A DNA stretch of 64,000 nt from an uncultured Alphaproteobacteria bacterium (GTDB lineage: Bacteria; Pseudomonadota; Alphaproteobacteria; Rhizobiales; Beijerinckiaceae), in the NCBI GenBank assembly GCA_963805295.1, contig CAWDTW010000055.1, positions 55,383-119,382 of the forward strand, read 5' to 3'. The translations under genes were made by a program, and so were the position numbers. Positions 21,100-31,399 of this stretch are shown one piece after another (the first letter of the stretch is position 1; each line of letters begins with the position of its first letter). The notes beneath the pieces were generated by a model, which was not told the DNA's origin, ran no database searches, and saw nothing but the letters and a program-made list of their open reading frames with translations.

Positions 21100-21945
21100 A
21101 TGGCCTCGCACAATTTCTGCACGACCGACGAACTCGCCGCGGAGCTCGGCGAGGCCGACCTCGGCGTGATCGACGGCTCGTGGCATCTGCCCAACACCGA
21201 CCGCCTCGGGGCCGTCGAATTCCGGCTCGGGCACATTCCCGGCGCGGTGTTCTTCGACATCGACACGATCGCCGATCTCAGCACCCCCCTTCCGCACATG
21301 CTGCCGAAACCCGACGCGCTGGCGAAGGAGATGTCGGCGCTCGGACTCGGCGACGGCATGCGCTTTGTCGTCTACGATGTCTTGGGGCTGTACGCGGCGG
21401 CGCGGGTCTGGTGGACGCTGCGGGCTTATGGGGTCGGCGAGGTCCGCATCCTCGAAGGCGGCCTCACCAAATGGATCGGGGAGCGGCGGCCGCTCGAATT
21501 CGGCGATGCGCATCCAAAGCCCCGGCTCTTCACGCCGCGGCTCGACCAAAGCTTTGTCGCCTCGCTCGACGAAGTGCGCGCGGCGCTCGAGAGCGGATCG
21601 GCGCAGGTCGTCGACGCGCGTCCGGCCGACCGCTTCCGCGGCGAAGCGCCCGAGCCGCGCCCGGGCCTGAAGAGCGGCCACATGCCCGGCAGCCTCAACC
21701 TGCCGTTCGCCGACGTCGTCGAGCACGGGCGGCTCAAATCCCCCGATGCGCTCAAGGCGATTTTTGCCGAACACAAGGTCGATCTCAAGAAGCCGATCAT
21801 CGCCACCTGCGGTTCGGGGGTCAGTTCGGCGATCCTGGCGCTGGCGGTCGAGGAGGCCGGCGGCGCGCTCGAAGGCCTCTACGACGGCTCGTGGGCGGAA
21901 TGGGGAAGCCGCGAGGACTGTCCGGCCGTGACCGGGCCGGAGTGA
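21100..21945 (+). CDS. sseA: 3-mercaptopyruvate sulfurtransferase (tandem rhodanese)
   Basis: GHIPGAVFFDID, PHMLP, TCGSGVS, LYDGSWAEW. Confidence 0.92.
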   Translation: MASHNFCTTDELAAELGEADLGVIDGSWHLPNTDRLGAVEFRLGHIPGAVFFDIDTIADLSTPLPHMLPKPDALAKEMSALGLGDGMRFVVYDVLGLYAAARVWWTLRAYGVGEVRILEGGLTKWIGERRPLEFGDAHPKPRLFTPRLDQSFVASLDEVRAALESGSAQVVDARPADRFRGEAPEPRPGLKSGHMPGSLNLPFADVVEHGRLKSPDALKAIFAEHKVDLKKPIIATCGSGVSSAILALAVEEAGGALEGLYDGSWAEWGSREDCPAVTGPE

Positions 21946-22072
21946 GCCGCGCGGACGGGAGCGGAAGGGCGCCCCGCCAGGGCTTCGGCCGAGCCGCCGG
22001 GTAGAATCTGGGCAAGTATGCACTTGACTTAGCGACGCGCTTGTGACATATTGAGGTCATTGGAGAAAACCG

Positions 22073-23005
22073 ATGACAGAGCTGTCCGCCAAGCACTTTC
22101 ACGACGAAGACGCCGCAGTCAAATGGATCGAAGCCTCGCGTTGGCCGAATGGCGAGATCGTTTGCCCGCTGTGCGGATCGCTTGACGTTCACCGCATGGC
22201 CGGCAAGACGCAAGCCGGAATGTTCCTGTGCAACGATTGCCGGGACAAATTCACTTGCCGGACCGGAACCGTCATGGAGCGCTCGCATATCCCGTTGTGC
22301 AAGTGGCTCTTGGCCATCCATCTCATGTCGTCGAGTAAGAAAGGCGTCTCTGCGCATCAACTCATGCGCAACCTTGGCCTTGGCTCGTATCGAACTGCGT
22401 GGTTCCTGTGCCATCGCGTGCGCGAGGCCATGACCGATCTTGAGCCAAACAAGAACGGCGGTCCGCTCGGCGGCACTGGCAAGGTTGTCGAGGCCGACGA
22501 GACCGTTGTCGGAGGAAAGTCCAAGAACCGCGCCTATCGTGATCCCGCGCCCAAGAAAATGGTCGCGACACTGGTTGAGCGCGGCGGCCGGGTTCGCTCA
22601 AAGCACGTCGCAAACATCAACTCCAGGACGCTGCGCCCGTTCGTCATGAAGAATGTCAGCCGCAAGAGCACGCTGAACACGGACGAAGCGTCCTATTACG
22701 TCAAAATGGGCCGCGAGTTCGCAACGCATCACGCGGTCGATCATTCGCGCAACGAGTATGCCTACAAGCTCGACAGAATTACGGTTACGGTCAACGGCCC
22801 TGAGAACTATTTCAGCATCTTCAAGCGTGGCGTGTACGGCGTCTATCATTCCATGAGCGAGGCGCACTTGGGCCGCTATCTCGCGGAGTTCGATTTCAGG
22901 TACAACAATCGCTCCAAGCTCGGCGTCGAGGATGATGAGCGCGCGGCCAAAGCGCTCAAGGGCATCGAAGGCAAGCGGTTGACTTATGACCAGCCTCGTA
23001 TCTGA
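22073..23005 (+). CDS. IS1595-family transposase
   Basis: Zn ribbon CPLCG..CNDCR, SSKKGVSAHQL, VEADET, TDE, ENYFSIFKR, YLAEFDFRYNNR. Confidence 0.95.
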   Translation: MTELSAKHFHDEDAAVKWIEASRWPNGEIVCPLCGSLDVHRMAGKTQAGMFLCNDCRDKFTCRTGTVMERSHIPLCKWLLAIHLMSSSKKGVSAHQLMRNLGLGSYRTAWFLCHRVREAMTDLEPNKNGGPLGGTGKVVEADETVVGGKSKNRAYRDPAPKKMVATLVERGGRVRSKHVANINSRTLRPFVMKNVSRKSTLNTDEASYYVKMGREFATHHAVDHSRNEYAYKLDRITVTVNGPENYFSIFKRGVYGVYHSMSEAHLGRYLAEFDFRYNNRSKLGVEDDERAAKALKGIEGKRLTYDQPRI

Positions 23006-23098
23006 GGGGCCGAAAGGCGAAACGTGGACGCCGCCTGATAAGCCGGGGCGTGCGCCAGACAATTGGCGCCGGAAACGTTGGGAGAAGGACTGACCGCA

Positions 23099-23437
23099 AT
23101 GGCAATCAAGGACGAGGACCGCGCGCGCCTTGAACAGCTAGGCGAGGCTCGCGTCCGACTCCAAGCCTTGACGCCGCCGGGCTTCAGCCATCCCTTTCAG
23201 TATGCCGCGCTAGAGTGGTTATCCGAGTTAGACAAGGCGGAGCGCGCGCGTAACGAAGCCTCCCAAGTCTCGCAAATGCGCACCGCCTTAAGCGCGAAAA
23301 ACGCCGCATGGATTGCGGCAATTGCTGCGATCGTCGCCGCTATTATCGCGATAATTGGGATAATTGTCACGGCTCTCTCTTGGCTTTATCCGCGTCATTT
23401 AGCGGCGCTTCTTGGCGGCCGTCCGCGCTTTTTCTGA
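23099..23437 (+). CDS. IS passenger: small protein with C-terminal TM helix
   Basis: GAAGGA RBS; helical N-terminus then AAWIAAIAAIVAAIIAIIGIIVTALSWLY. Confidence 0.7.
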   Translation: MAIKDEDRARLEQLGEARVRLQALTPPGFSHPFQYAALEWLSELDKAERARNEASQVSQMRTALSAKNAAWIAAIAAIVAAIIAIIGIIVTALSWLYPRHLAALLGGRPRFF

Positions 23438-23550
23438 CTCGCGCCAGGTTTTGCCTTCGTCCTATGATCGGGCGGAGTGGAGAGAAGACGCTTGAGAACT
23501 TCACTCTCACGGCGCTCAATCTGCTGTTCCGAGAGTTCGCTTTCCTGCAT
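23395..23550 (-). CDS. IS passenger: short basic protein (RRESEVLKRLLSTPP)
   Basis: 51-aa ORF converging on and overlapping the TM gene; resembles short ORFs I recall from alphaproteobacterial IS1595 elements (not verified by search). Confidence 0.5.
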   Translation of the reverse strand: MQESELSEQQIERRESEVLKRLLSTPPDHRTKAKPGASQKKRGRPPRSAAK

Positions 23551-23560
23551 GAATTTTGCC

Positions 23561-24103
23561 ATGACCGATGACCCGAAGCCTCCAGTCATTATAGCGGCGT
23601 TTCCGTCTCCGGGTGAACCGGAAATGATCGAATTCTTTTTCACGCTTGGGAACGCAGTCAATCGTTGGGCTTTCGTAGATCGAGTCCTATTTAAGATATT
23701 TCGGTTCTCTCTAAAGCTAGACCAGCGGCAAACGGCTCTGTTCTACTACGCGGAGCGCGCCCTGAACCGCCGCATCGATCTTGTCTATTCTTCCTTGAAG
23801 AGCGTTCTGCCGTCAGCTCAGTTTGAAGAATGGAAGACACTCGCAAAGGAACTAAAGACACTTTCGCATGTCAGGAACGTCTTTGTCCACCACCCCGTAA
23901 AGCGATTTGGCGCTTCTGACGGCGTCAAACCGATCTACAAATGGTCCATTCACATTGAGCCCTATGAGAAGTTGCTCAACCGCGACTATCCGGGTCTTGA
24001 GGGAAAGGACGAGCTATTTACTGAAGATCTAAAAGATCACGTTTCCAAAATAGAACACTTGGAGGAGGAACTACGAAAGTTTTACCTGCGGATAACGGCG
24101 TGA
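23561..24103 (+). CDS. IS passenger: 180-aa helical protein with HEPN-like R-X4-H motif
   Basis: Visibly lower-GC ORF; RNVFVH encoded at 23873-23890 within predicted helices. Confidence 0.7.
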   Translation: MTDDPKPPVIIAAFPSPGEPEMIEFFFTLGNAVNRWAFVDRVLFKIFRFSLKLDQRQTALFYYAERALNRRIDLVYSSLKSVLPSAQFEEWKTLAKELKTLSHVRNVFVHHPVKRFGASDGVKPIYKWSIHIEPYEKLLNRDYPGLEGKDELFTEDLKDHVSKIEHLEEELRKFYLRITA

Positions 24104-24273
24104 GAAAGAGCCGCCCTTATTACCTTTTCCGCAGCCATCTCGCTTGTGAGATCACTTAGCCAAATGTCATGCAGGAGCTCTGAACTCAAAGCCCGAGACC
24201 CCGCCTCAATCATCGCAGGCGTGATCTCGATCTCATGCACGGGCGCGCCAGCCGAGCCTTCCGACTCGACCAC
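24082..24273 (-). CDS. IS passenger: short ORF (EIEITPAMIEAG)
   Basis: Reads inward from the right TIR and overlaps the 3' end of the HEPN-like gene. Start uncertain. Confidence 0.5.
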   Translation of the reverse strand: MVESEGSAGAPVHEIEITPAMIEAGSRALSSELLHDIWLSDLTSEMAAEKVIRAALSHAVIRR

Positions 24274-24553
24274 GCCGCATCTACCCGCGTCAGTTGGATA
24301 AGTCAAGTGCATAGTTGCCAGAATTTGCTTCCGAGTCAATGTTTTCAGTGCGATAGGCGCCAAATTCTGCAACGCGCGATTCTCTCCCACCGAGGTGAAA
24401 CGCACGGCGGGGAAAAAAGCAAGCGTCACCGTAATACCCGTAATACCGGTCTCGACGGTCTCGACGAGGTTCAACTGCGTGGCGAGGATGAGGCGGTGGT
24501 GGTCTTCAGCGGTCGCCGGAGGGCTTCACACGAGGCCTTGCGCTTGCGACGCT

Positions 24554-24910
24554 TCATTGCAGAGCGAATCGCCGGTCGCCGTCGATCCGCGAGTTCACGC
24601 CCGGGACGACGGCCAGCCATTGACCCAGGCACCAATGGTCCGGTTGGGACGCCCTGCAATCGGGCGTCACCGGGCCCGGGTCGCAAACGCAATATTTGGC
24701 GGCATACGTAATAATGCCCGGGATTTCCTTTCGCTCGCCCGAAGGCAGCGCGAAATTGATGGGCTCCGCGCCGGTTTGAACCGCAAACTGACAGACGTGT
24801 CCGGCCGGCGCCCTGCAAAAGAAAATCGTCGGCTGTTGTTGCGCGTTCGCCGCCGGCGCGAATGCCGGCAGCGCAAGACACGCCGCGACCGATAGAACGA
24901 TTGCCCTCAT
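24554..24910 (-). CDS. Secreted Cys-rich hypothetical protein
   Basis: Signal peptide ending ANA; six Cys in the mature part; 118 aa. Confidence 0.75.
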   Translation of the reverse strand: MRAIVLSVAACLALPAFAPAANAQQQPTIFFCRAPAGHVCQFAVQTGAEPINFALPSGERKEIPGIITYAAKYCVCDPGPVTPDCRASQPDHWCLGQWLAVVPGVNSRIDGDRRFALQ

Positions 24911-25067
24911 TGGGGGGTCCCCTCTCGAATGTCGTTTTCGCGGGACTGACGCCAGCCCCCACGCGCAACTTGCTCGTCAGCAGGCAATGACCAAACGGCC
25001 GCGGCGTCCAATAAATCTGCAACGGTTTGGGGCTCCTCGCAAGCGCGGCCCGGCGCAGACGGGCCTC

Positions 25068-25250
25068 TTATCCGCGACCGACAAAGGCGCGCAGCGCCGC
25101 GGGGGCGCGCACGACGATGCCGCGGTAGCCCTGTTCGACGAACCCGCGCGCTTTCAGCCGCTTCAGCATCGCGCCGACGGAATTGAGGGAAAGGTTGGCG
25201 GCGCCCGCGACCTCGTTTTGCGTCGCCGAGATCTCGACCGGCTCTTTGCC
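25068..25250 (-). pseudogene. Crp/Fnr-type HTH C-terminal remnant
   Basis: EISATQNEVAGAANLSLNSVGAMLKRLKARGFVEQGYRGIVV; no N-terminal cNMP domain. Confidence 0.65.
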
Positions 25251-25267
25251 GTCAGGGCGCGATCGTC

Positions 25268-25614
25268 TTGACCGCGAAGATGCTCGGGAAATTTCGAGGT
25301 TCGGACGCACGCAACGCGTGGCGCTTCATCATTTTCGTCGCGCTCGCGGCGCTCGCCTCGAGCGCCTGTCTGGCTCTTGAAGCGGCGGCCCGGCAGTTCT
25401 CTATCTGTGGGTCGGCGGCCTGCCCGACTGGTGGGCCGCGATGTTGTATTCGCTCGGCGCGATCACCAGCTACGGTCACGCCGACGTCTATCTCGCGGAC
25501 CGCTGGCGACTGCTCAGCGCGATCGAAGCGGTCAACGGCCTCATCCTCTTCGGCCTGACGACCGCGTTTCTCTACGCCGCCATTCACCAGGTCTGGCCGC
25601 TGCGGCGGGACTGA
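25268..25614 (+). pseudogene. Two-TM ion-channel-like (Ion_trans_2-type) protein, frameshifted near 25390
   Basis: From 25441: MLYSLGAITSYGHADVYLADRWRLLSAIEAVNGLILFGLTTAFLYA (pore-like loop plus TM); the upstream TM is in another frame. Confidence 0.6.
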
Positions 25615-27355
25615 GGCGAGGACTTGTCGATCAGAAGACAAGCGTCGCGGCTACCGACGGCTTTCGACACGCCCGGACCGGCCGGCGGATCGAAGTCCGC
25701 GCCTTCGGCGCGTATTGCGTCGAGCGCCTCGTGGAGAGTGGAGAAGATTCGCCCTTCTCCGATGACGGCGGCGATCCGGTGCCGCCTCATGTCCGACAGC
25801 AGGTAGGGGTTGACGCGCCCGAGCACGACGGAAACGCCTTTGCGAGAAAGGTCCTCGAGCAAGGTGCGAACGGTCTGCGCCGCGGAAAGGTCTACGTCTG
25901 CGATCGCTTCGGCGTCCAGAAGAAGCCATTTGACCGGCTGAGGCGCCTTTTCGACCAGTTCGCGCACTTCATCGGCGAAATGATCGGCGTTGGCGTAAAA
26001 AAGATCCGCGCCGTAGCGATAGACGATCAGCCCCGGAGCGGTCTGCAAACCGGGCGCGGCGGGAACCGGCTCCCATGCGCCGCTCGCGTCCCGAAGGAGC
26101 ACCATCGAATGCGCCTCATAGCTGTGGCGGACATGCCGCACCAGCGAGAAGCCGATGGCGAAGAGAATGCCCTGCTCGACCCCGACCGCCACGACCGCCG
26201 CGGCGGTCGCGATCGCCAGCAGGAATTCGCCCCGGCTCTCCTGAAGGATGTTGCGGAGGCCCGCGACGTCGACCATGCCGGCCGCGATCGTGAACACGAT
26301 GCTCGCCAGCACGCAGCGCGGCAGATATTGCAGAGGACCGGTCAGAAACAGGAGGACGAGGACCACGATCCCGGCGAACGCGAGCTGGGCGATCTGGCTC
26401 GCGCGCCCGTCCCGTCCGCCATCGCGGTCTGGGTCGGACTGCCGTTGACGACGAAAGCGCCGCTGACCGCCGCGGCGGCGTTCGCAGCCGCAAGGCCAAG
26501 GATGTCCGCATTCTCGTCGACCCGCTCCTGATGGCGAATGGCGTAAACGCGCGAAGTGGCGGCGCTTTGGGCGATGATCATTACGAAGCACGATATGGCG
26601 ACCGGCAGGACGGCCACGGTTTCGCTCCACGTGACATTGGGCAGCATCAGCGACGGCAGGCCGCCCTCGACCGGCCCGATCACTGAAAAGCCCTGGTCGG
26701 AGAGGCGGAGCCAGGCGCTCGCGACGATCGCTCCGACGACCACGACAAGCGGAACCGGGAATTTCGGCGCAAATCGACGACCAAGGAAGATGCTCGCCGC
26801 GACGAAGAGCGAAAGGCTGAGGATTCGCGGATGGAGCGACGTCAGGCCCTGCGTCAGCTGCCAGAGCTGCACAAGGGTCCGGCGCGAGGCGACCTTCACC
26901 CCGAACATGTCGCCGAGCATCGCCGCGCCGACCTGAACGCCGACGCCCGCGAGAAACCCGATGAGCGCGGTGCGCGAAAGAAAATCGGCGAGAAATCCGA
27001 GCTTGAAAATGCGGGCCAGCACGAGAAGGCCGGCGGTGAGCAGGGCGACCATGCCGACCAGCGCCATGTAATGCGCGCTCGCGGGCTCGGCCATGCGCGA
27101 AAGCGAACTGGCGAAGATCGCCGCCGTCGCCGAATCCGCCGCCACGACGAGATGGCGCGACGAGCCGAAGACCGCGAAGGCGACGAGGGGCAGAAGAACC
27201 GTGTAGAGGCCGGTGACGACCGGCGTTCCGGCGATGCGCGTATAGCCGAGGACCTGCGGAATGTTCATCGAGGCGAGCGTCAGTCCGGCGAAGACGTCGC
27301 GCAGCGCCTCGCGCGGCCTGATTGGCGACAGGCCTCCAAAGATCGGAAAACTCAT
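25584..27355 (-). CDS. SulP-family anion transporter with STAS domain; one frameshift near 26400
   Basis: DVFAGLTLASMNIPQVLGY, FGSSRHLVV, AFVVNGSPTQT, LFYANADHF, LLLDAEAIADVD. Confidence 0.9.
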
Positions 27356-27584
27356 TGCCTCGACGCCCTGCCTCCGGTTGAATTTCGCCGACGTGGAGGC
27401 GAATCGACCCCAGCCCTGCGGCGAGCGACGGGGCGACTCTCATCTTGGTCCAGCGAACGTCGCCCAAGGTAGACGGAATGTCACAATTTTGTCACTTGCG
27501 GCGCTTGCCTTTTCGCCGCCCGCAATCGACCATTGCCCCGACGCGCCGCGCGAGCGTCGTCATCGAACGCAGCAGGAACCTCCG

Positions 27585-28440
27585 ATGGACTACCGCAAAG
27601 AGTTCCGCGTCGAGCCGGACGCCAAGATCAAATTGAAAAAGCTCGATCCGGCTTACACCGGCAAGCACGAGGCGCCGGACGAGGCGAAGAAGGAGACCGA
27701 GGCCTACACGCAAAGGCTCTTCAGGCAGCAGATCCTGCTCTATGCGGAGCACAAGCACTCGATCCTCGTCGTCCTGCAGGCCCTCGACGCGGGCGGCAAG
27801 GACGGCACGATCAAACACGTGTTCGCCGCGATCAATCCGCAGGGCGCGAGCGTGGTCGGCTTCAAGCAGCCGACCCCCGCCGAGCTCGCGCACGACTTTC
27901 TCTGGCGCGTGCATCCGCACGCGCCGGGAAGGGGCGAGATCGCCATCTTCAACCGTTCGCATTACGAAGACGTGCTGGCGCCGCGCGTCCACAAGCTGAT
28001 CGACAAGGCGACCTGGACGGCGCGCTACCAGCGCATCCGTGACTTCGAGGCCCTGCTCGTCGAGAACGGGACGACAATCCTCAAATTCTTCCTGCACATC
28101 AGCAAGGAGGAGCAGCTCGCGCGCTTCGCCCAGCGCCTCGACGACCCGGACCGCAACTGGAAGATCAGCGAATCCGACTATTCCGAGCGGGCGCTGTGGG
28201 ACGACTACATCGAGGCGTTCGAAGAACTCGATTCGCTCGACCAGCACCAAGGACGCGCCGTGGTACGTCATCCCCTCGAACCACAAGTGGTTTCGCAATC
28301 TCGCGGTGTCGCAGATCATGGCGGACACGATGGATGACCTCCAGCTCAAGTTCCCCCCGCCCTCGGTCAATCTCGCCGACATCCGGCGCAAGTATCACGC
28401 TGCGCTAAATGAGGAAAAAGCCGGCCAAAAGAAGACCTGA
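27585..28440 (+). CDS. ppk2: Polyphosphate kinase 2 family (single domain, class III-like); frameshift near 28230
   Basis: LQALDAGGKDGTIKH, HDFLWR, IFNRSHYEDVL, LKFFLHISKEEQ, APWYVIPSNHKWFRN. Confidence 0.9.
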
Positions 28441-28526
28441 CCGGGCGCGACGCCGCGCGATTTCCATAATTCGGCCCCGAATGGTAAGGAAGGCGGGATC
28501 GACGGGGGCATGATTGCCGCCGATGG

Positions 28527-30363
28527 ATGGGAACGCGGGTCAAAGGACAGGCGCCGCGAAGGACGGGTTCATTGTCACTCTGGCGCGCGGCGCGCGATCG
28601 CATCGTCTCACTGCTGAAATCGCCCTCGAACGCAGTCTTGCGCCGCCTCCTCTCCGATCAGGGGGCGAAGCACTGGAAGGGCTACCTCTTCGCTTTTGCG
28701 ATGATGGGCCTGATCGCGCTGACCACGTCGCTCTCGGCGTGGATCATCGGCAAGATCGTCGACAAGATCTTCGTCGGCCGCAATCTCAAGGCGGTGTGGG
28801 AAATCACCGCCGCGATCGTGGCCATTTACACGGTCAAAGGGGCCGCAACCTACGGGCAGCAGGTGGTGCTGTCGCGGGTCGCCAACAGCCATCGTCGCCG
28901 ACATCCAGAAGCGCATCTTCGACCAGATGCTGCGGATGAAGGTCGGCTACTACAGCCGCTCGCATTCGTCCGAATTCATCGCCCGGCAGGCCTTCATCGC
29001 CCAGTCGGCGAGCAACGTCCTCAACCTCCTCATCACCACCCTGTCGCGCGACGCGCTGACCATCGTCGGCCTCGTCATCGTGATGGTGACGCAGGACCCT
29101 CTGCTGTCGCTCTTGGCGCTCATGTTCGTGCCCGCAGGGGCGGTCGGGGTGCGCAAGATCGGCATCCGGGTGCGCAAGATCATGGCGAGCGAGTTCCAGG
29201 GCGCGATGCAGATGATGGAGTTGCTGCAGGAGACGGCGCAGGGCATTCGCATCGTCAAGGCCTTCACCCTCGAGAATTTCATGCGCGACCGGCAGGCCGG
29301 CGCCATCGAAGGGTTCCAGAAGGCGGCGAACAAGCTCGCGCGCGTCAGCTCGCGCACCTCGCCGATCATGGAGAGCCTCGGCGGCTTCGCCATCGCCGCC
29401 GTCGTGCTCTACAGCGGCTACACCGTGATCCTGCGCGGCAACCCGCCGGGAAGCCTCTTCTCCTTCATCACCTCGGTCATCATGCTCTACGAGCCGATGA
29501 AGCGGGTGGCGCGGCTCCATGTCGACCTGTCGTCGGCGCTGTTCGGCGTCAGCATGCTCTACGACTTCCTCGACGAACGCGACTTCGAGGAGGATAAGCC
29601 CGACGCGCCGCAGCTCGAGGTCACGCAGGGGCGGATCGAGTTCCGCGACGTGGTGTTCGGCTATCGGCCCGAGGAACGGGTGCTGCATTCGGTGAGCTTC
29701 GTCGCGGAGGCCGGCAAGACGACGGCGCTCGTCGGCCGCTCCGGCGGCGGCAAGTCGACGGTGATGAACCTCATCCTGCGGCTCTATGAAGTCGAGTCCG
29801 GCGAGATCCTGTTCGACGGCGTCGACGTCGCGACGGTGACGTTGACGTCGCTGCGCCGGCAGATCGGCTACGTCGCCCAGGAGAACTTCCTGTTCAAAGG
29901 CTCGGTGCGCGACAACATCGCCATGGGCCGGCCGGGGGCGGGCGAGGAGCAGATCGTCGCCGCCGCCAAGGCGGCCTACGCGCACGACTTCATCATGGAC
30001 TTCGAGCGCGGCTACGACACGCCCTGCGGCGAGCACGGCATGCAGCTTTCGGGCGGACAGCGGCAGCGCGTCGCCATCGCCCGCGCCTTCCTCAAGGACG
30101 CGCCGGTCATCCTGCTCGACGAGGCGACCTCGGCGCTCGACTCCGAATCCGAACAGGCGATCCAGAAGGCGCTGCGCACGCTCTGCGAGGGCCGCACCAC
30201 CATCGTCATCGCCCACAGGCTGTCGACGGTCGCCCAGGCCGACGAGATCTGCGTCATCGACCGCGGCCGGATCGTCGAGCGCGGCCGGCACGGCGAGCTG
30301 CTCGCGCAGGGCCGAACCTACAGCCACATCGCCCAGACCCAGTTTCCCCGCGACGCGGCGTGA
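28527..30363 (+). CDS. MsbA-like ABC exporter (TMD + NBD); frameshift near 28890
   Basis: TM helices, GRSGGGKST, LSGGQRQR, ILLDEATSALD, IAHRLST. Confidence 0.9.
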
Positions 30364-30384
30364 GCTCAAGGCATTCATCCGGCG

Positions 30385-30607
30385 AAATTAACAGGGTGGC
30401 GATCTTGCGTGCGGTTGCAGTGACCGCTTTGGCCTTGCCGACGCGTGCGGAGAGCCGTCGATAGAAGGCGACCAGCGCCGTCTGCGTGCGACCGACGGTC
30501 ACCGCGGCCAGTCTCAGCAGAGCCGCGGCTCTGCTGCCGGATCGCCGGGTTCGCGACGAAAGCACCTTGCCCCCCGAGATCTTGTTGGCCGGCGTCAGCG
30601 CGAACAC
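30385..30607 (-). mobile_element. IS110-family transposase C-terminal remnant
   Basis: LTPANKISGGKVLSSRTRRSGSRAAALLRLAA..FYRRLSARVGKAKAVTATARKIA. Confidence 0.8.
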
Positions 30608-30932
30608 GCCGGGCGCCGCCGGCGGGGAGGCCGCGCTGAAGACGAAGCCGCCGAAGGCCGGCGCCGGATCGTCGGAGGCGGGATACTGGGGCGCGCTCGC
30701 CGCCTTCAGGGGACGTCCCGCGGCGGACGGCGGAAGCTCTGGGAGGTTCAGGACAGTCTCCGACCGGTCTCCACCGCAGCGGGAGCGCGCACCGGCGCCG
30801 TCGCAAAATGCGGGCCACCAACCGTCGCCGCCCCTAATCGCTTGTTATCGCTTCTTTTTGGCTGCAAACGGCGGACCGGCGGCATCGCCGCACTGGATAA
30901 GTTTTGGGCGCCCGCGCTAAAGTGATCGCACG

Positions 30933-31355
30933 ATGCTCGCTTGCGTGCGGTCCGCCACCAGAGCCGATCTGCCCCGCGTCCATGAGGGGCGGCATGGGAC
31001 GGCGGAAAATCGGTTGAGCGATCCGTCGCTGGTCACCGACGCGGAGGTCGCATGGTATTTGGAGGAGGCGATCTTTCTCGTGTCCGAGGACGAAGCGGGC
31101 GTGCAGGGGTTCGTCTGCGCCAATCCTCAGACGGGCTGCGTGTGGGCTCTGTTCGTCATCGACGGCGCCCGTGGGCGCGGTCACGGAACCGCGCTTCTCG
31201 ATGAGGCGATCACGCGGCTCAGGCAAGCCGGGCATCGTCAAGCCTTTCTGACGACCGGCAAGGATACGAGGGCGGCAGGATTTTACCGATCCAAGGGCTG
31301 GCGGCAGACCGGAATTGATATGAGGGGGGAGGCGGTCTTTCGGCTATGGCTCTGA
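30933..31355 (+). CDS. GNAT N-acetyltransferase
   Basis: WALFV..ARGRGHGTALL..AAGFYRSKGW. Confidence 0.88.
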   Translation: MLACVRSATRADLPRVHEGRHGTAENRLSDPSLVTDAEVAWYLEEAIFLVSEDEAGVQGFVCANPQTGCVWALFVIDGARGRGHGTALLDEAITRLRQAGHRQAFLTTGKDTRAAGFYRSKGWRQTGIDMRGEAVFRLWL

Positions 31356-31399
31356 TGAAGCGGCAAAGCGCCCCTTTCCTCGCCCTCGACCGCCCTCGG

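Larger units (their letters stand above)
22011..24319 (+). mobile_element. IS1595-family element with passenger genes
   Basis: TIRs GGCAAGTATGCACTTGACTTA (22011-22031) and reverse complement GGCAACTATGCACTTGACTTA (24299-24319), 20/21; flanks AGAATCTG and AGAATTTG (8-bp duplication, 7/8). Confidence 0.92.
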
